A DNA stretch of 64,000 bases from a virus, in IMG/VR virus record IMGVR_UViG_3300008954_000002, positions 97,099 through 161,098 of that record; one strand, 5' to 3'. Of this stretch, positions 1-9,635 are shown piece by piece (the stretch's first letter is position 1; each line of letters begins with the position of its first letter). Below the pieces are notes generated by a model. That model saw nothing but the letters and a program-made list of their open reading frames with translations. It made no database searches and was not told the origin of the DNA. Made by a program: the position numbers and the translations under genes.

Positions 1-2
1 AT

Positions 3-2414
3 TTGTAGCAAGCCTAAGAACTCTGCATAGCCATTAATATAGCTTACTTCAGAAGGAGCCTTGGTATTAGCACTATAGCCAAACAGTCCTGGGCTAACGA
101 CCACACTGCCCCGCACAATATAATCTCTTGATAGGGCAAGAGCCCTATTGCTACCTGCGAAGCTGCTAGGACGAACCACACCTAGTCCAGTTCTAACATC
201 TATTAGATCTAAAAACTGTCCTCCTGCGATATCTTCTACAATGTCTGTAAGTGTTTCTGCAACTAAAGCATCTTTCGCTATACGTACCCCTAAAGGTCTT
301 ACGCCGTCCATAATAAGATCAAACGAATTGTTACCAACCTTATTAGTGCCTTGATATTGAAACTTGACAGTAACAACTTGACCAGCAGTTAGTCCCTCAT
401 ATAGATGCAAAATACCGTTAACAGTATCTAAGAAGTAAGTGTTGCTACTAGTAAGTGATGCTCTATCATTAACCTTGGTTAGAGTAAGCCCTAGAAAAAC
501 AATACTTCCATCTATTATGTTTCTATGTCCAAGATCAATCCTGCTAACTCCTCTTGGCAACACCATCGTCTTGTTGGATATTGAGCTGTTAAGACCTTCA
601 ATTCTTATCCGCTCTTTTGTAGCATCAAAGAGATGCTCCATTTCATGGTAATAGCCATCTGACTTTTCTGTCAAAAGCATCCTCTCGGGATCCATGCTTG
701 CCTTAATTGTTGAATTCGGATCTAGGCCACCAATAAAAGTGACTTCTGTATACTTCTCACGAAACATATACTTGCCGTTGCCGAGGCTATTTTCATCTGA
801 CACTCTCTCCCATTCAAGGCCATTCACCCAGATATGGATCTCATCTGGATCTATGTCTTCCTCAATAATATCAATAGGAAATGGCAGAGTTGCAGAAGGT
901 GAAGAACCATTGCGGCCCAATACTATTGCATCTCGCATTTTGCTGGCACGGGTTAGCAGGTTGGGCTGCAGTACGAAGACCTCATTATTATAGGGCTGAT
1001 CTACAAGGGGTATCCTTGCAGGAGAGAATAGTTTGGAAACACCCCTTACTATTGAATCTGTATCATACGCAATATCATCTTCAGTATATGAGTTAACTAA
1101 TCGAAAAGCATCATCATTCCGGCTAAGCTGTAGCCGCCACATATAGCTCTCTTCATTGCCATTAAGTACTACGCTTGTACCCTCTGAGCTTGGGATGCCA
1201 AGTACATCTGTTTTCCATGACTCGCCTCCGTCAAAGGAGACATCAAGAGCTGCTTTGAATAAGCTTGCAGAACCAGGAAAGACATCTGCATGTGAACTAC
1301 AGGCAAACAAGTTCCTTGGCAACTTGTCTTCAACACTACCAATTCCACCAGATGGCTGATACTTTGCTTGGTTAAAATAAAGATTCTTTATACCAATAGA
1401 GTACCGGCTGCGCTCTACACTCCGCATATCTCTTGTTAGAGAGCGAATAATATACGAATGCTCTTGCTTGAGCTTCACAACAACTTCCTGACATTTAACC
1501 GGAAGAAAAGTTACTGCCCATTGTATATCATTCCCAACAGTCTTGACTGTCCAGAACTCTTCAGGCACTGTGCCTCTTACTAAGTCACGTAGAGAAAGCT
1601 CTTGTTCTCCACCTGCATTAAACAGAACATCGACTATTTCAAAGCTTACACCTGTGCCTAAAGCCGCAGGAGCAATAATAAATTCATTTATTATTGTGGG
1701 CATACTAAACTCACAAAACACACTTAGCGTTAGAGGGCCAGTATCTAGCTTTTCATATTCAAACCAAGTGTCTGGATTTCCGTCCAACATAAAGCTAGGC
1801 CTTATGTTGTTAGTAGTTATATCCTCGTCAGAATTGCCAGGCTGCCCATTGCTGCTAGCGGCAATCTTGATCTTATGGGGAATCTTCTTAGACGAAGAGA
1901 TTTTTGGAAGCGTTAGCACTCCCTGCATAGTATCTACCCAACATCTGCTACCTGTACCATGAGCAGTGTTAAGCTTATCTAGATTTAAGAAACCCTCTGC
2001 TACTACATGCTTGAATAGGTTGTCGTCCCATAGAGCAAGAACAGCCTTCTTCTGCTTAGCTCTCCTAAGCCTACCAGTTAACTCTAACAAGGCAAGCTGT
2101 TGATTGTTGTATAGCTCCAAATACATCTGGGTTAATGCTTTCAGCTTAGTAATATTGGCTACTAGAAACTGGCTAGCCCTATCCTGATCGTCAACAAAAT
2201 CACCTACAACAGGGTGAGCAAACTGAGTAACTGACTCAAGCTCATATGAAAGATCTAACAGTTTTCTAAAAGTAGAAAATGTGTCGGCCTCGATCTCGAT
2301 TCGTTCACTTAGTGTATTCGCTAGATTCCACTGAGCTGCAAACGCTTGCAACAAGATCCTATACCCAGCAAGTTCCGGCAAATATTTACGGGAAAGAAGA
2401 GAATTTATAGACAT
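3..2414 (-). CDS. Virion structural (baseplate/tail-associated) protein, 3'-truncated by the window edge, >=804 aa; absent from the ORF track
   Basis: ATG at 2414 overlaps the TAA of the upstream gene (TAATG). Manual translation gives MSINSLLSRKYLPELAGYRILLQAF...GVLTLPK...MLDGNPDTWFEYE. Both ends of the frame were read without a stop, and the track lists no terminated ORF in this frame. Resembles the 662-aa neighbour. Confidence 0.8.
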   Translation of the reverse strand, partial: MSINSLLSRKYLPELAGYRILLQAFAAQWNLANTLSERIEIEADTFSTFRKLLDLSYELESVTQFAHPVVGDFVDDQDRASQFLVANITKLKALTQMYLELYNNQQLALLELTGRLRRAKQKKAVLALWDDNLFKHVVAEGFLNLDKLNTAHGTGSRCWVDTMQGVLTLPKISSSKKIPHKIKIAASSNGQPGNSDEDITTNNIRPSFMLDGNPDTWFEYEKLDTGPLTLSVFCEFSMPTIINEFIIAPAALGTGVSFEIVDVLFNAGGEQELSLRDLVRGTVPEEFWTVKTVGNDIQWAVTFLPVKCQEVVVKLKQEHSYIIRSLTRDMRSVERSRYSIGIKNLYFNQAKYQPSGGIGSVEDKLPRNLFACSSHADVFPGSASLFKAALDVSFDGGESWKTDVLGIPSSEGTSVVLNGNEESYMWRLQLSRNDDAFRLVNSYTEDDIAYDTDSIVRGVSKLFSPARIPLVDQPYNNEVFVLQPNLLTRASKMRDAIVLGRNGSSPSATLPFPIDIIEEDIDPDEIHIWVNGLEWERVSDENSLGNGKYMFREKYTEVTFIGGLDPNSTIKASMDPERMLLTEKSDGYYHEMEHLFDATKERIRIEGLNSSISNKTMVLPRGVSRIDLGHRNIIDGSIVFLGLTLTKVNDRASLTSSNTYFLDTVNGILHLYEGLTAGQVVTVKFQYQGTNKVGNNSFDLIMDGVRPLGVRIAKDALVAETLTDIVEDIAGGQFLDLIDVRTGLGVVRPSSFAGSNRALALSRDYIVRGSVVVSPGLFGYSANTKAPSEVSYINGYAEFLGLLQ

Positions 2415-4402
2415 TACTGAGTACTCCCAGCAGTATCCCAAACACCAGTATAGCGCCGTGGCTTGAGAGGCTTGTCTTCTTTAGCCTCTTGCACTAGCAA
2501 AGTATACTCTCTTAATACAGAAGTTAGATATGGATGCAATGAACTAGTCCTAGTAATTAAAATAGTCTGTAGTGTACCCGTTGTATTACGTAGCTCTTGG
2601 TCGAAGGTCACTCTACCATTGTGAAGGCTTACTTGGCCGCAAGTGCTAAGCCCTTGGTTCTTGTACACTCTATATTCTATCCAGTAAATAGCTGTAGGAT
2701 CTCTATCTGTTAGCCGTATATAGAATCGTCCTGCCTTGGCTTGTTTATGTAAGTCGTCAAAACTACTGTCAATAGGCCATATACTAATATATGTAGAACC
2801 GTTATCTATTGATATGGAGTAATCTGTTCCGAAAGCGAGTAAGGTGCCATTCCTATATATACTCATGGGATCGACAACTTCTGTCGCAGTAGCTGCCCAT
2901 CGCAAATCTGGGAATAGCTTAACCCTACAATCGGTACCAATAGGAGATAAAAACTCTACTTGAGTTGGATAGGCGTCAGGCACTGGGATAATACTATCCA
3001 GTACTACTGCTCCAGTCTGATTGCTAACAAGCCTTCCTCCCACATATGCCTCCTGAAAGATCTGATTGCCAGATCCTTCTCCAGGAGTATATACAATATT
3101 GGTACCATAGGCACTGATATTGCTGGTGGGCAATATAGCCTCACTTTCTTTTACAAGAGAGAGCCCAATTGGTGAGGATACCTCAATGGGTAAGCTCCTA
3201 AAAATACCTTTATTCTCATAAGCTACAATAAGAAACCTAATAGTATCAATAGAGAAATCATATACTCTGCCTGAAACTTCTTCGGTTGCATCTGAGTCCA
3301 TACGGGTTGTCCACCCACCAAGAGAGTCAACTAGCTTATTGATATTAGCAACTCTATGATCTCCTACGAGTACAGTACTCTTAGTTACAGGAGCGTATTG
3401 CTCAAATGTTAAGCTCACATATTTTGCATATACTGGCTCTGTTAGCAAAGTAGTAGATGTTTCAGCAGATATACGTATAAAGCTTAGTGAGATTTCTTCT
3501 CCAGCCTCATCGATATAGGTGATATCTTTTATATGCACAGAAGACGCTCCCAGTGGAGTAATATCTATCTGATTAAAGAAAACCGTATTCGCAAGCTCTA
3601 CCTGAAGGGTACAGGTGGCTACACAATTATGTGGAAAGCTATCATATCCAAGAGCATCAGCAGTTCTTAGCTTATACTTTCTAGAGCTGCTGTCATGCTC
3701 TCGTCTTATAATTACATGTCTAAAAGTCTTGTTCTTGAGAAAGATATTACGGGGAGAGGTAGAAAGTATTGGCTTTCTAGTGTCGCCAAAGTCAGTACTC
3801 TCACTTATCAGGTATGCATCACGTATAGGCAACTCTGTTAGCCCGCCTCTTTCTAGATGTGCTCCCCTAATAGGAAGGGTTAATCCTGCATTGGGCAACA
3901 CTGTCATTAAAAACCGCTCTGGATATGCAAAGGATGTTTTAAAATCTTCTATCCAGGATCTGTCCTTGTACTGTAGTTGAAAATCCATCCTTCTTGAAAA
4001 GGCATTAAGATGCACTTTTGTCCAGCTGCCAAGCAACTTGATATTAGCTTCATCAACCTCGTTGTCTAAAGCAATGACCTCTCTTTGTAAGCTACGTAAT
4101 CTTGCAAAAGTATCCTTAGCTGTCATCTTTATGAGTTCTGACAGCGTATTGCATTGGACGTTATTGACTGCTACTTGATACTTTCTGTCCTTCAGGTAGA
4201 TGCTCTGAAATATAGACGCAACAGGCGCTCCTGAGCGCATAACGGGTGGAGTAAGACTAGAAGAGTTACCTATATAGTCGCTAGCTAAGACATCTAGCTT
4301 CGTATTCTTTTGGTACAGGTGGGCATTGTCAGCAACACGTTTTCTGGCTGCATCAAACATACTCCTCGTAAAAGAAACATTGTTTCTAAATCTTGAAGAC
4401 AT
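2414..4402 (-). CDS. Virion structural protein (662 aa), putative baseplate/tail accessory; probable paralog of 3..2414
   Basis: Long ORF in the tail module. Helical N-terminus followed by a beta-rich region. Short motifs shared with the downstream ORF. Confidence 0.6.
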   Translation of the reverse strand: MSSRFRNNVSFTRSMFDAARKRVADNAHLYQKNTKLDVLASDYIGNSSSLTPPVMRSGAPVASIFQSIYLKDRKYQVAVNNVQCNTLSELIKMTAKDTFARLRSLQREVIALDNEVDEANIKLLGSWTKVHLNAFSRRMDFQLQYKDRSWIEDFKTSFAYPERFLMTVLPNAGLTLPIRGAHLERGGLTELPIRDAYLISESTDFGDTRKPILSTSPRNIFLKNKTFRHVIIRREHDSSSRKYKLRTADALGYDSFPHNCVATCTLQVELANTVFFNQIDITPLGASSVHIKDITYIDEAGEEISLSFIRISAETSTTLLTEPVYAKYVSLTFEQYAPVTKSTVLVGDHRVANINKLVDSLGGWTTRMDSDATEEVSGRVYDFSIDTIRFLIVAYENKGIFRSLPIEVSSPIGLSLVKESEAILPTSNISAYGTNIVYTPGEGSGNQIFQEAYVGGRLVSNQTGAVVLDSIIPVPDAYPTQVEFLSPIGTDCRVKLFPDLRWAATATEVVDPMSIYRNGTLLAFGTDYSISIDNGSTYISIWPIDSSFDDLHKQAKAGRFYIRLTDRDPTAIYWIEYRVYKNQGLSTCGQVSLHNGRVTFDQELRNTTGTLQTILITRTSSLHPYLTSVLREYTLLVQEAKEDKPLKPRRYTGVWDTAGSTQ

Positions 4403-4900
4403 TTATTCCACCACTATGTTGACAAATAGCCTTCTTGTACTTACTCCTGAAGGGGTCTCAACTCCAACCATAAACTTCCCTGTACTGCTTGCAGCCAGAA
4501 AGCCTGTCTGAGTGACACCGGCACTATCTACTCCAGATGGCAACAGAATTCTACTGCTATAGCCAGCGCCTACACTCCTGGTTATATACGTCCATGTAGC
4601 ACCATCGTCAAAGCTGATCTTCATTCCTCCTGCACTTGTGCTGTCACTAGCAGAAGCGGTGCCCCAAGTAAGTAGATCCTGGTAGTCTTTGCTAGGTGTG
4701 TTCTGGGCAGGGTTATCTACCCCTCCAACATTGGAAGCAGCCACTATGTATAACCCCAAGCCAGTAAGCTCATCGGCACCATAGTTAGTAACTCTAACGT
4801 GTCTTGTGCCTATGCTTGTGATTACATCAGTTGCAATCTGGTACGGATCATATATTGTTTCTTGCTCTTCATCAGAAAATCTAATATCACTAGTAGACAT
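4403..4900 (-). CDS. Small beta-rich virion protein (165 aa)
   Basis: Coupled to the upstream gene by a TAATG overlap at 4900. Ser/Thr/Gly-rich beta-type sequence. Confidence 0.55.
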   Translation of the reverse strand: MSTSDIRFSDEEQETIYDPYQIATDVITSIGTRHVRVTNYGADELTGLGLYIVAASNVGGVDNPAQNTPSKDYQDLLTWGTASASDSTSAGGMKISFDDGATWTYITRSVGAGYSSRILLPSGVDSAGVTQTGFLAASSTGKFMVGVETPSGVSTRRLFVNIVVE

Positions 4901-7023
4901 TACATCACCATTATGCCAAGCATATTACCAATTGGAAACTCATTAGAACTTTCAACTACTCTAACACCATAATAGTATATTTCTCCACTACTTAGAGCTG
5001 TATCAGTATAAGTTACATTGCCCTCAGCAGGAGATACTATTGCTGTAATTAGAGCCCATTCATCAAGGGGATTCTGTCGGCGGTATATATTGTACGTCAG
5101 ATCTGGCCCTTCCCAAGTCATATTCAATTCTGCTTGGGTAGCCAGAAGAGACTGTCCAGTAAGTTCTACTTGGGGATAGCTCCAGTGAATTACTCCATAT
5201 CCCATCTGGGGAATATAACTATTTAATAGCTCTTCGGCTCTTGTAGGCGACAGGACTCCTCCAAACTCTTCCAAGAGGGTGATGGGCGCCCTAATGAGCA
5301 TCACAGTGTTCTGAGGGAACTCTTGGCCAGTAGCACCATATCCTAGTCTAGATTGTAAAACTCTCTGGTTTGTTCTGATAGCATCTTCGAAATACTCCTC
5401 TTTGATGACATTGCCATCTCTGCGCACATCTACTACAAAGGAGTCTTCTGTTACAGCATTGTCTAGTACTAATACTTCTGCCAATATACAGTAGCCATGT
5501 GAATTAGAATAGTTAGCAGTATAATTGTGTACAAATGTATTTGTATTAGAAACAGAACGATACTGAGTACCTATTAAGGTGCTTGGATTAGCAGTTCCGT
5601 CAGCCTCTGTTAGCTGAAAATTAGGGTGCGATCTACCTAGCCCTTGGGAGGCGTATGCAATTACACCATCCTTATCAACCCCAAGAACATGGATGGCTTT
5701 ATCATCACTATCTATATTTGGAATCATGTAATAGACCCACATATAGTCTAATGCTCGCTTATTCTGTAGAGGGTTTAAAGTTATGCCTGTATGCTCATAA
5801 TCACTAGCTTCATAGTAATAAGTAGCATAGAAGTTCCAATTAGGATCTATCTCTACGCCTAATGAAACAAATCCACCCTTGTTATCCCAAGAAGATATTG
5901 CATCGCCCTCTATAAAGACATCTGTATCTGAGTATCGAGTACCATCTAAACTACTGTCTGTAGTTATGACCCTAATAAGTACATCATCCTCGTCTAGTAT
6001 GAAGAGTTGGAAGTGCATTTTATCATCAGGGCTAATGGCTAGGTCATTTCTGGTGGCCACTAGAGTGCTTCTATTAACCCATAGCATCTTTCTGTAAGGA
6101 GAATATATATACGGCTTGTAAGGAGAAAATGCTTGTCTATCATACTCTGGCAATGAGTATCGCCTTAAAGAGCCATTTACTACCGCAGTGAAACTCCCAT
6201 TAGTAAATCGCAAATGCCAAGCATCCTCAGGATCCCTCCCAAAGGGCATTAGTGGTTTAATAGTAGAAGCTTCAATCGGCTTCATATACCAAGTTCCGCC
6301 ACCATTCATATGAAAGGTATAGCCTGAGCTATTTTCTTCTCTAGTATAAAGCGGGTAGGCAGTTGTAACCTTTCCGTAATTCGCACCTTCTAGAATGACA
6401 TCTTCCCAAGTAGCCTCTCTAGCTACAGGTACTGGATTGAGCATTTCATGACTAGTGGCTACATCACCAGTCGCAGGATCTTCCTGTACAGAGCTTATAA
6501 AATATAGTCTATAAGCACCAGTGTCTGGATTAAAGAAGTTCTTATAGTTTGTATATACTACATCCTTATCAGAAGTATTTACATCTACAATATAGCCGCT
6601 AGTAATCTCTTTAACTGCACCATCAGTTACAACATTGAGAGATACTTCTATTGTGTTCTTTGGCAAGACATGTCTAAAAAAGATCGGGCGCCTTCTACCG
6701 AATGTATCTGTACCTAAGATATTTGTAACAGCTACTTCTTTATACTGGCTAGTAAATGACATGGAGTATATTTCCATCCATCCTGTATCAGTTCCAGAGT
6801 GTTCAAATACATTAGCAGCAACAGTATGAGATGCATCTACTATCTGTAGGTTTTTCCAAGAATCTAATTCTTCACTTTCGTAATAAGCTATAGGCACAGA
6901 AGTTTCTGCAATGTTATCTGTATAGATAAATCGTTCTGTGTACTTATGTACATGAGCAGTAACAGGTAGAATTTGATCCTGCTTAGGCCCATTTATAATG
7001 AGCTCTAAAGTAGCACTACTCAT
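4900..7023 (-). CDS. Virion structural protein (707 aa) with C-terminal fibronectin type III-like domain
   Basis: The C-terminus AELNMTWEGPDLTYNIYRR...TYTDTALSSGEIYYYGVRVV fits the FN3 pattern (W...Y.IYR...Y.D..L..G..YYY.V). Confidence 0.6.
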   Translation of the reverse strand: MSSATLELIINGPKQDQILPVTAHVHKYTERFIYTDNIAETSVPIAYYESEELDSWKNLQIVDASHTVAANVFEHSGTDTGWMEIYSMSFTSQYKEVAVTNILGTDTFGRRRPIFFRHVLPKNTIEVSLNVVTDGAVKEITSGYIVDVNTSDKDVVYTNYKNFFNPDTGAYRLYFISSVQEDPATGDVATSHEMLNPVPVAREATWEDVILEGANYGKVTTAYPLYTREENSSGYTFHMNGGGTWYMKPIEASTIKPLMPFGRDPEDAWHLRFTNGSFTAVVNGSLRRYSLPEYDRQAFSPYKPYIYSPYRKMLWVNRSTLVATRNDLAISPDDKMHFQLFILDEDDVLIRVITTDSSLDGTRYSDTDVFIEGDAISSWDNKGGFVSLGVEIDPNWNFYATYYYEASDYEHTGITLNPLQNKRALDYMWVYYMIPNIDSDDKAIHVLGVDKDGVIAYASQGLGRSHPNFQLTEADGTANPSTLIGTQYRSVSNTNTFVHNYTANYSNSHGYCILAEVLVLDNAVTEDSFVVDVRRDGNVIKEEYFEDAIRTNQRVLQSRLGYGATGQEFPQNTVMLIRAPITLLEEFGGVLSPTRAEELLNSYIPQMGYGVIHWSYPQVELTGQSLLATQAELNMTWEGPDLTYNIYRRQNPLDEWALITAIVSPAEGNVTYTDTALSSGEIYYYGVRVVESSNEFPIGNMLGIMVM

Positions 7024-9630
7024 CTACTTGATACCTATTGCGCAGAGTGGCTTCCCAAAAGTCTGTCCATCAGCTAGTTCTATTGTCTCCCAAACAGTGC
7101 CAATTGCCTTCCTATATTCTTCGAATGATATATCAGAAGCAGGCCTTGCAACACAGTATGGTTCATTGTCTACAGGCAAGATATAGTCTCCCTCGGTAGA
7201 ATTGCCCTTTACTATTACAGGTAGCTGACCAATAAAAGATATAACTTCTCCAGCATAGGAACACTTTAGCAAGCTATCGCGCCACACCGGATCTCTTAAC
7301 TGCTCCAGTGTCTTTTTTAGTTCACCTGTTGGTTCCTTTTGATAGCGAGCTTCTGTATCTTCTATTAAGCGAGCAAGAGTATTATCATTGTCTAGATCTC
7401 TAACAAGCTTAATTTGAGCATTGCCAACACAGAGTGCTCTATTAGTTACTAGCATGGGAGTCCCTGGGCCATACCGATAAATGCGACACTCTCTTACATA
7501 AACAAGTCTGCCCTCTTCAAGACCCCAGCTGCCTCTTTCTATAATGCTTGATAGACACTCTTCTCTTGTAGATTCCCACTCGTCAAGATCCCCGATCATA
7601 AGCCATTCACCAAAGTCAGCTGCTCCGCTTACGTACTGAACAGCACCATGAAAGTTGGTGACTATAGGATCTGGCTTTAGGGAGCTGTTAGTGAGAATAT
7701 TAAGAAGAAAACTAGACCAATTCATTTGAGTAGATGCAGCAGAGTCCTGTATCGCACCATTAGAATTCGTAGTAACAAAGGCCTTGTTACCATTATACGC
7801 TCCAGTAATAGCCCCAACGCCAACATAACTCCCAGTGTTCTTGGCATACATAGATACAAAACGATTACTAGGACCAAGCCCTGCAGAGCCACTAGTTTCA
7901 GTTCCAAGCAAAAGTTCTAAAGCATCTGCTTGAACAGTTGTATTAAGATTCTCAATCGTTACAGCATGCCCTTGTCTGTCTGCAACTATCGTTGTTTTAC
8001 CTGAAACAGTAGCAGCTATATTTACGTTGCCAGTAGTAGCAGTTATATTGACAGTATTGTTGGCAGCTATGTTTGCAAGGTCGCTAGCATATATGAAAAC
8101 ATCATCAGCAGCAGTTAGAGTTATATCATCAGCAGCAGTTATACGCGCATCAGTACCTGCGTCTATATCTACTTCACTAGAAGCATCTATAGTTACATCA
8201 CCGCCTTCATTCTTTATTGTTAATCCAGTAGAAGGATTGTCATAAATATAAGGTGCAGAAGCATCTGTAAAATACCCAAAACGCAACTTGAAGCTTGAGC
8301 CTCCTACAGACTGGAGATAATTGCCTGCTGTAGCTAAAGTAGTATCACCTGTATCTGTGTACTTAGAACCTATAACAAGATCCCCACGCATACAGTTGGC
8401 ATCATTTATATTGCCTAAATCTGTTGTACGAAAACCATCTCTATGCAAGTACTGCGGAAAGTAATTGCCCGCACCTGCCGAAAGAGTAAAAGCTCCAGAC
8501 GCTCCTGCAACACTAGTAGCCCCGTCTAAATCTGCAACATTAATAGGAGATTCACCATGAGCTCGATTGTGAGAATGTGTGAACAACTTCTTTCGTATGT
8601 CATCAATAGAAGTTGTTATGTCTGTACCTATAGTTAGTATAGAATAACTATCACTGAGTGGAAGCTCTACACTGCCTATGTTGAGAACCTTTTCAGAGTT
8701 GTACCTATAGACAGCGTCTGTATAAGTTTCATTGGTTGTGTTATTCCTAAGGTATATAAACCCTTCTGGAATCACATCACCAGTAATAAAACTATCTGTT
8801 AATACTGCAGGTAGAAGCAGCTGGACTCCCGTATTCACATCATTTGATTCGGTAAGAACAGAACTTGTATCTCCATAATTAGCTTGCTGATGAGTGACCA
8901 CCGGCAAAGTTAAGTGATAGGTTCCATCTGCCTGTTGCGCAAGGGTTATTTTCGCAGTAGAATTCTCATTGACTTGGTTAGGATCTGGAATCTCATTAAA
9001 GCTAGCGCCTAGATAAGCAGGCCCACCTCGCCACTTGTTTGAGTTGATAGCATACTTACATGTGGTACTGCTTGTAGTAGCGGAAACCGTACTAACTGTT
9101 CCAGTACTATCAACATGATAGTCTCCTGCATTGCCAAGTAAACCAAGCGGGACTGCATTGCCAAATACTGTTGTGTCAGAAAAGGTAATAAATTGACCAG
9201 TAGAATCAATATTTGCAGTAGTATCAGGAACATACCGCAGGGTGAACTGATGTACGCCTACAGGAACTGCTTCACCATCAATAACATTCTCGCCTGCACT
9301 TGAGTCTAGGTGTCCTAGAATCATCGGATTTAAGTTTGAGGCAGGGCCAATTAGTCTAGCCAAGTTAGTAATACTTAGAGGTCTACCGTTTGCGCCTTGG
9401 AGCGAAAGACTTGTATTGTTGTTTGCTCTTCCCCAGCGTTGGGTTAGATATGTACCCGAGGAGCTTGAGTAAGGATGGCTCTCGCTTAGGATATCACCTA
9501 CTGCCTTCTCAAGCTCGTAGAGCCCCCTTCTAACTTGAACACCAATTGCATTAAACTTGTCTGCAGAAGGCTGCTCACCAGCAACAAACTCTGGAACAAC
9601 ACCAATACCGCTTTTCTTTTTATCTGCCAT
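7024..9630 (-). CDS. Tail fibre/spike protein (868 aa) with triple-beta-helix-like repeats and a C-terminal intramolecular chaperone (peptidase G2-like autocleavage) domain
   Basis: Roughly 8-residue repeats (DVTIDASS/EVDIDAGT/DARITAAD/DITLTAAD/DVFIYASD), a PQYLHRDG motif, and a C-terminal ADFGEWL...VGNA...IGQLPVIVKG...GDYILP pattern. Confidence 0.6.
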   Translation of the reverse strand: MADKKKSGIGVVPEFVAGEQPSADKFNAIGVQVRRGLYELEKAVGDILSESHPYSSSSGTYLTQRWGRANNNTSLSLQGANGRPLSITNLARLIGPASNLNPMILGHLDSSAGENVIDGEAVPVGVHQFTLRYVPDTTANIDSTGQFITFSDTTVFGNAVPLGLLGNAGDYHVDSTGTVSTVSATTSSTTCKYAINSNKWRGGPAYLGASFNEIPDPNQVNENSTAKITLAQQADGTYHLTLPVVTHQQANYGDTSSVLTESNDVNTGVQLLLPAVLTDSFITGDVIPEGFIYLRNNTTNETYTDAVYRYNSEKVLNIGSVELPLSDSYSILTIGTDITTSIDDIRKKLFTHSHNRAHGESPINVADLDGATSVAGASGAFTLSAGAGNYFPQYLHRDGFRTTDLGNINDANCMRGDLVIGSKYTDTGDTTLATAGNYLQSVGGSSFKLRFGYFTDASAPYIYDNPSTGLTIKNEGGDVTIDASSEVDIDAGTDARITAADDITLTAADDVFIYASDLANIAANNTVNITATTGNVNIAATVSGKTTIVADRQGHAVTIENLNTTVQADALELLLGTETSGSAGLGPSNRFVSMYAKNTGSYVGVGAITGAYNGNKAFVTTNSNGAIQDSAASTQMNWSSFLLNILTNSSLKPDPIVTNFHGAVQYVSGAADFGEWLMIGDLDEWESTREECLSSIIERGSWGLEEGRLVYVRECRIYRYGPGTPMLVTNRALCVGNAQIKLVRDLDNDNTLARLIEDTEARYQKEPTGELKKTLEQLRDPVWRDSLLKCSYAGEVISFIGQLPVIVKGNSTEGDYILPVDNEPYCVARPASDISFEEYRKAIGTVWETIELADGQTFGKPLCAIGIK

Positions 9631-9635
9631 AATAA

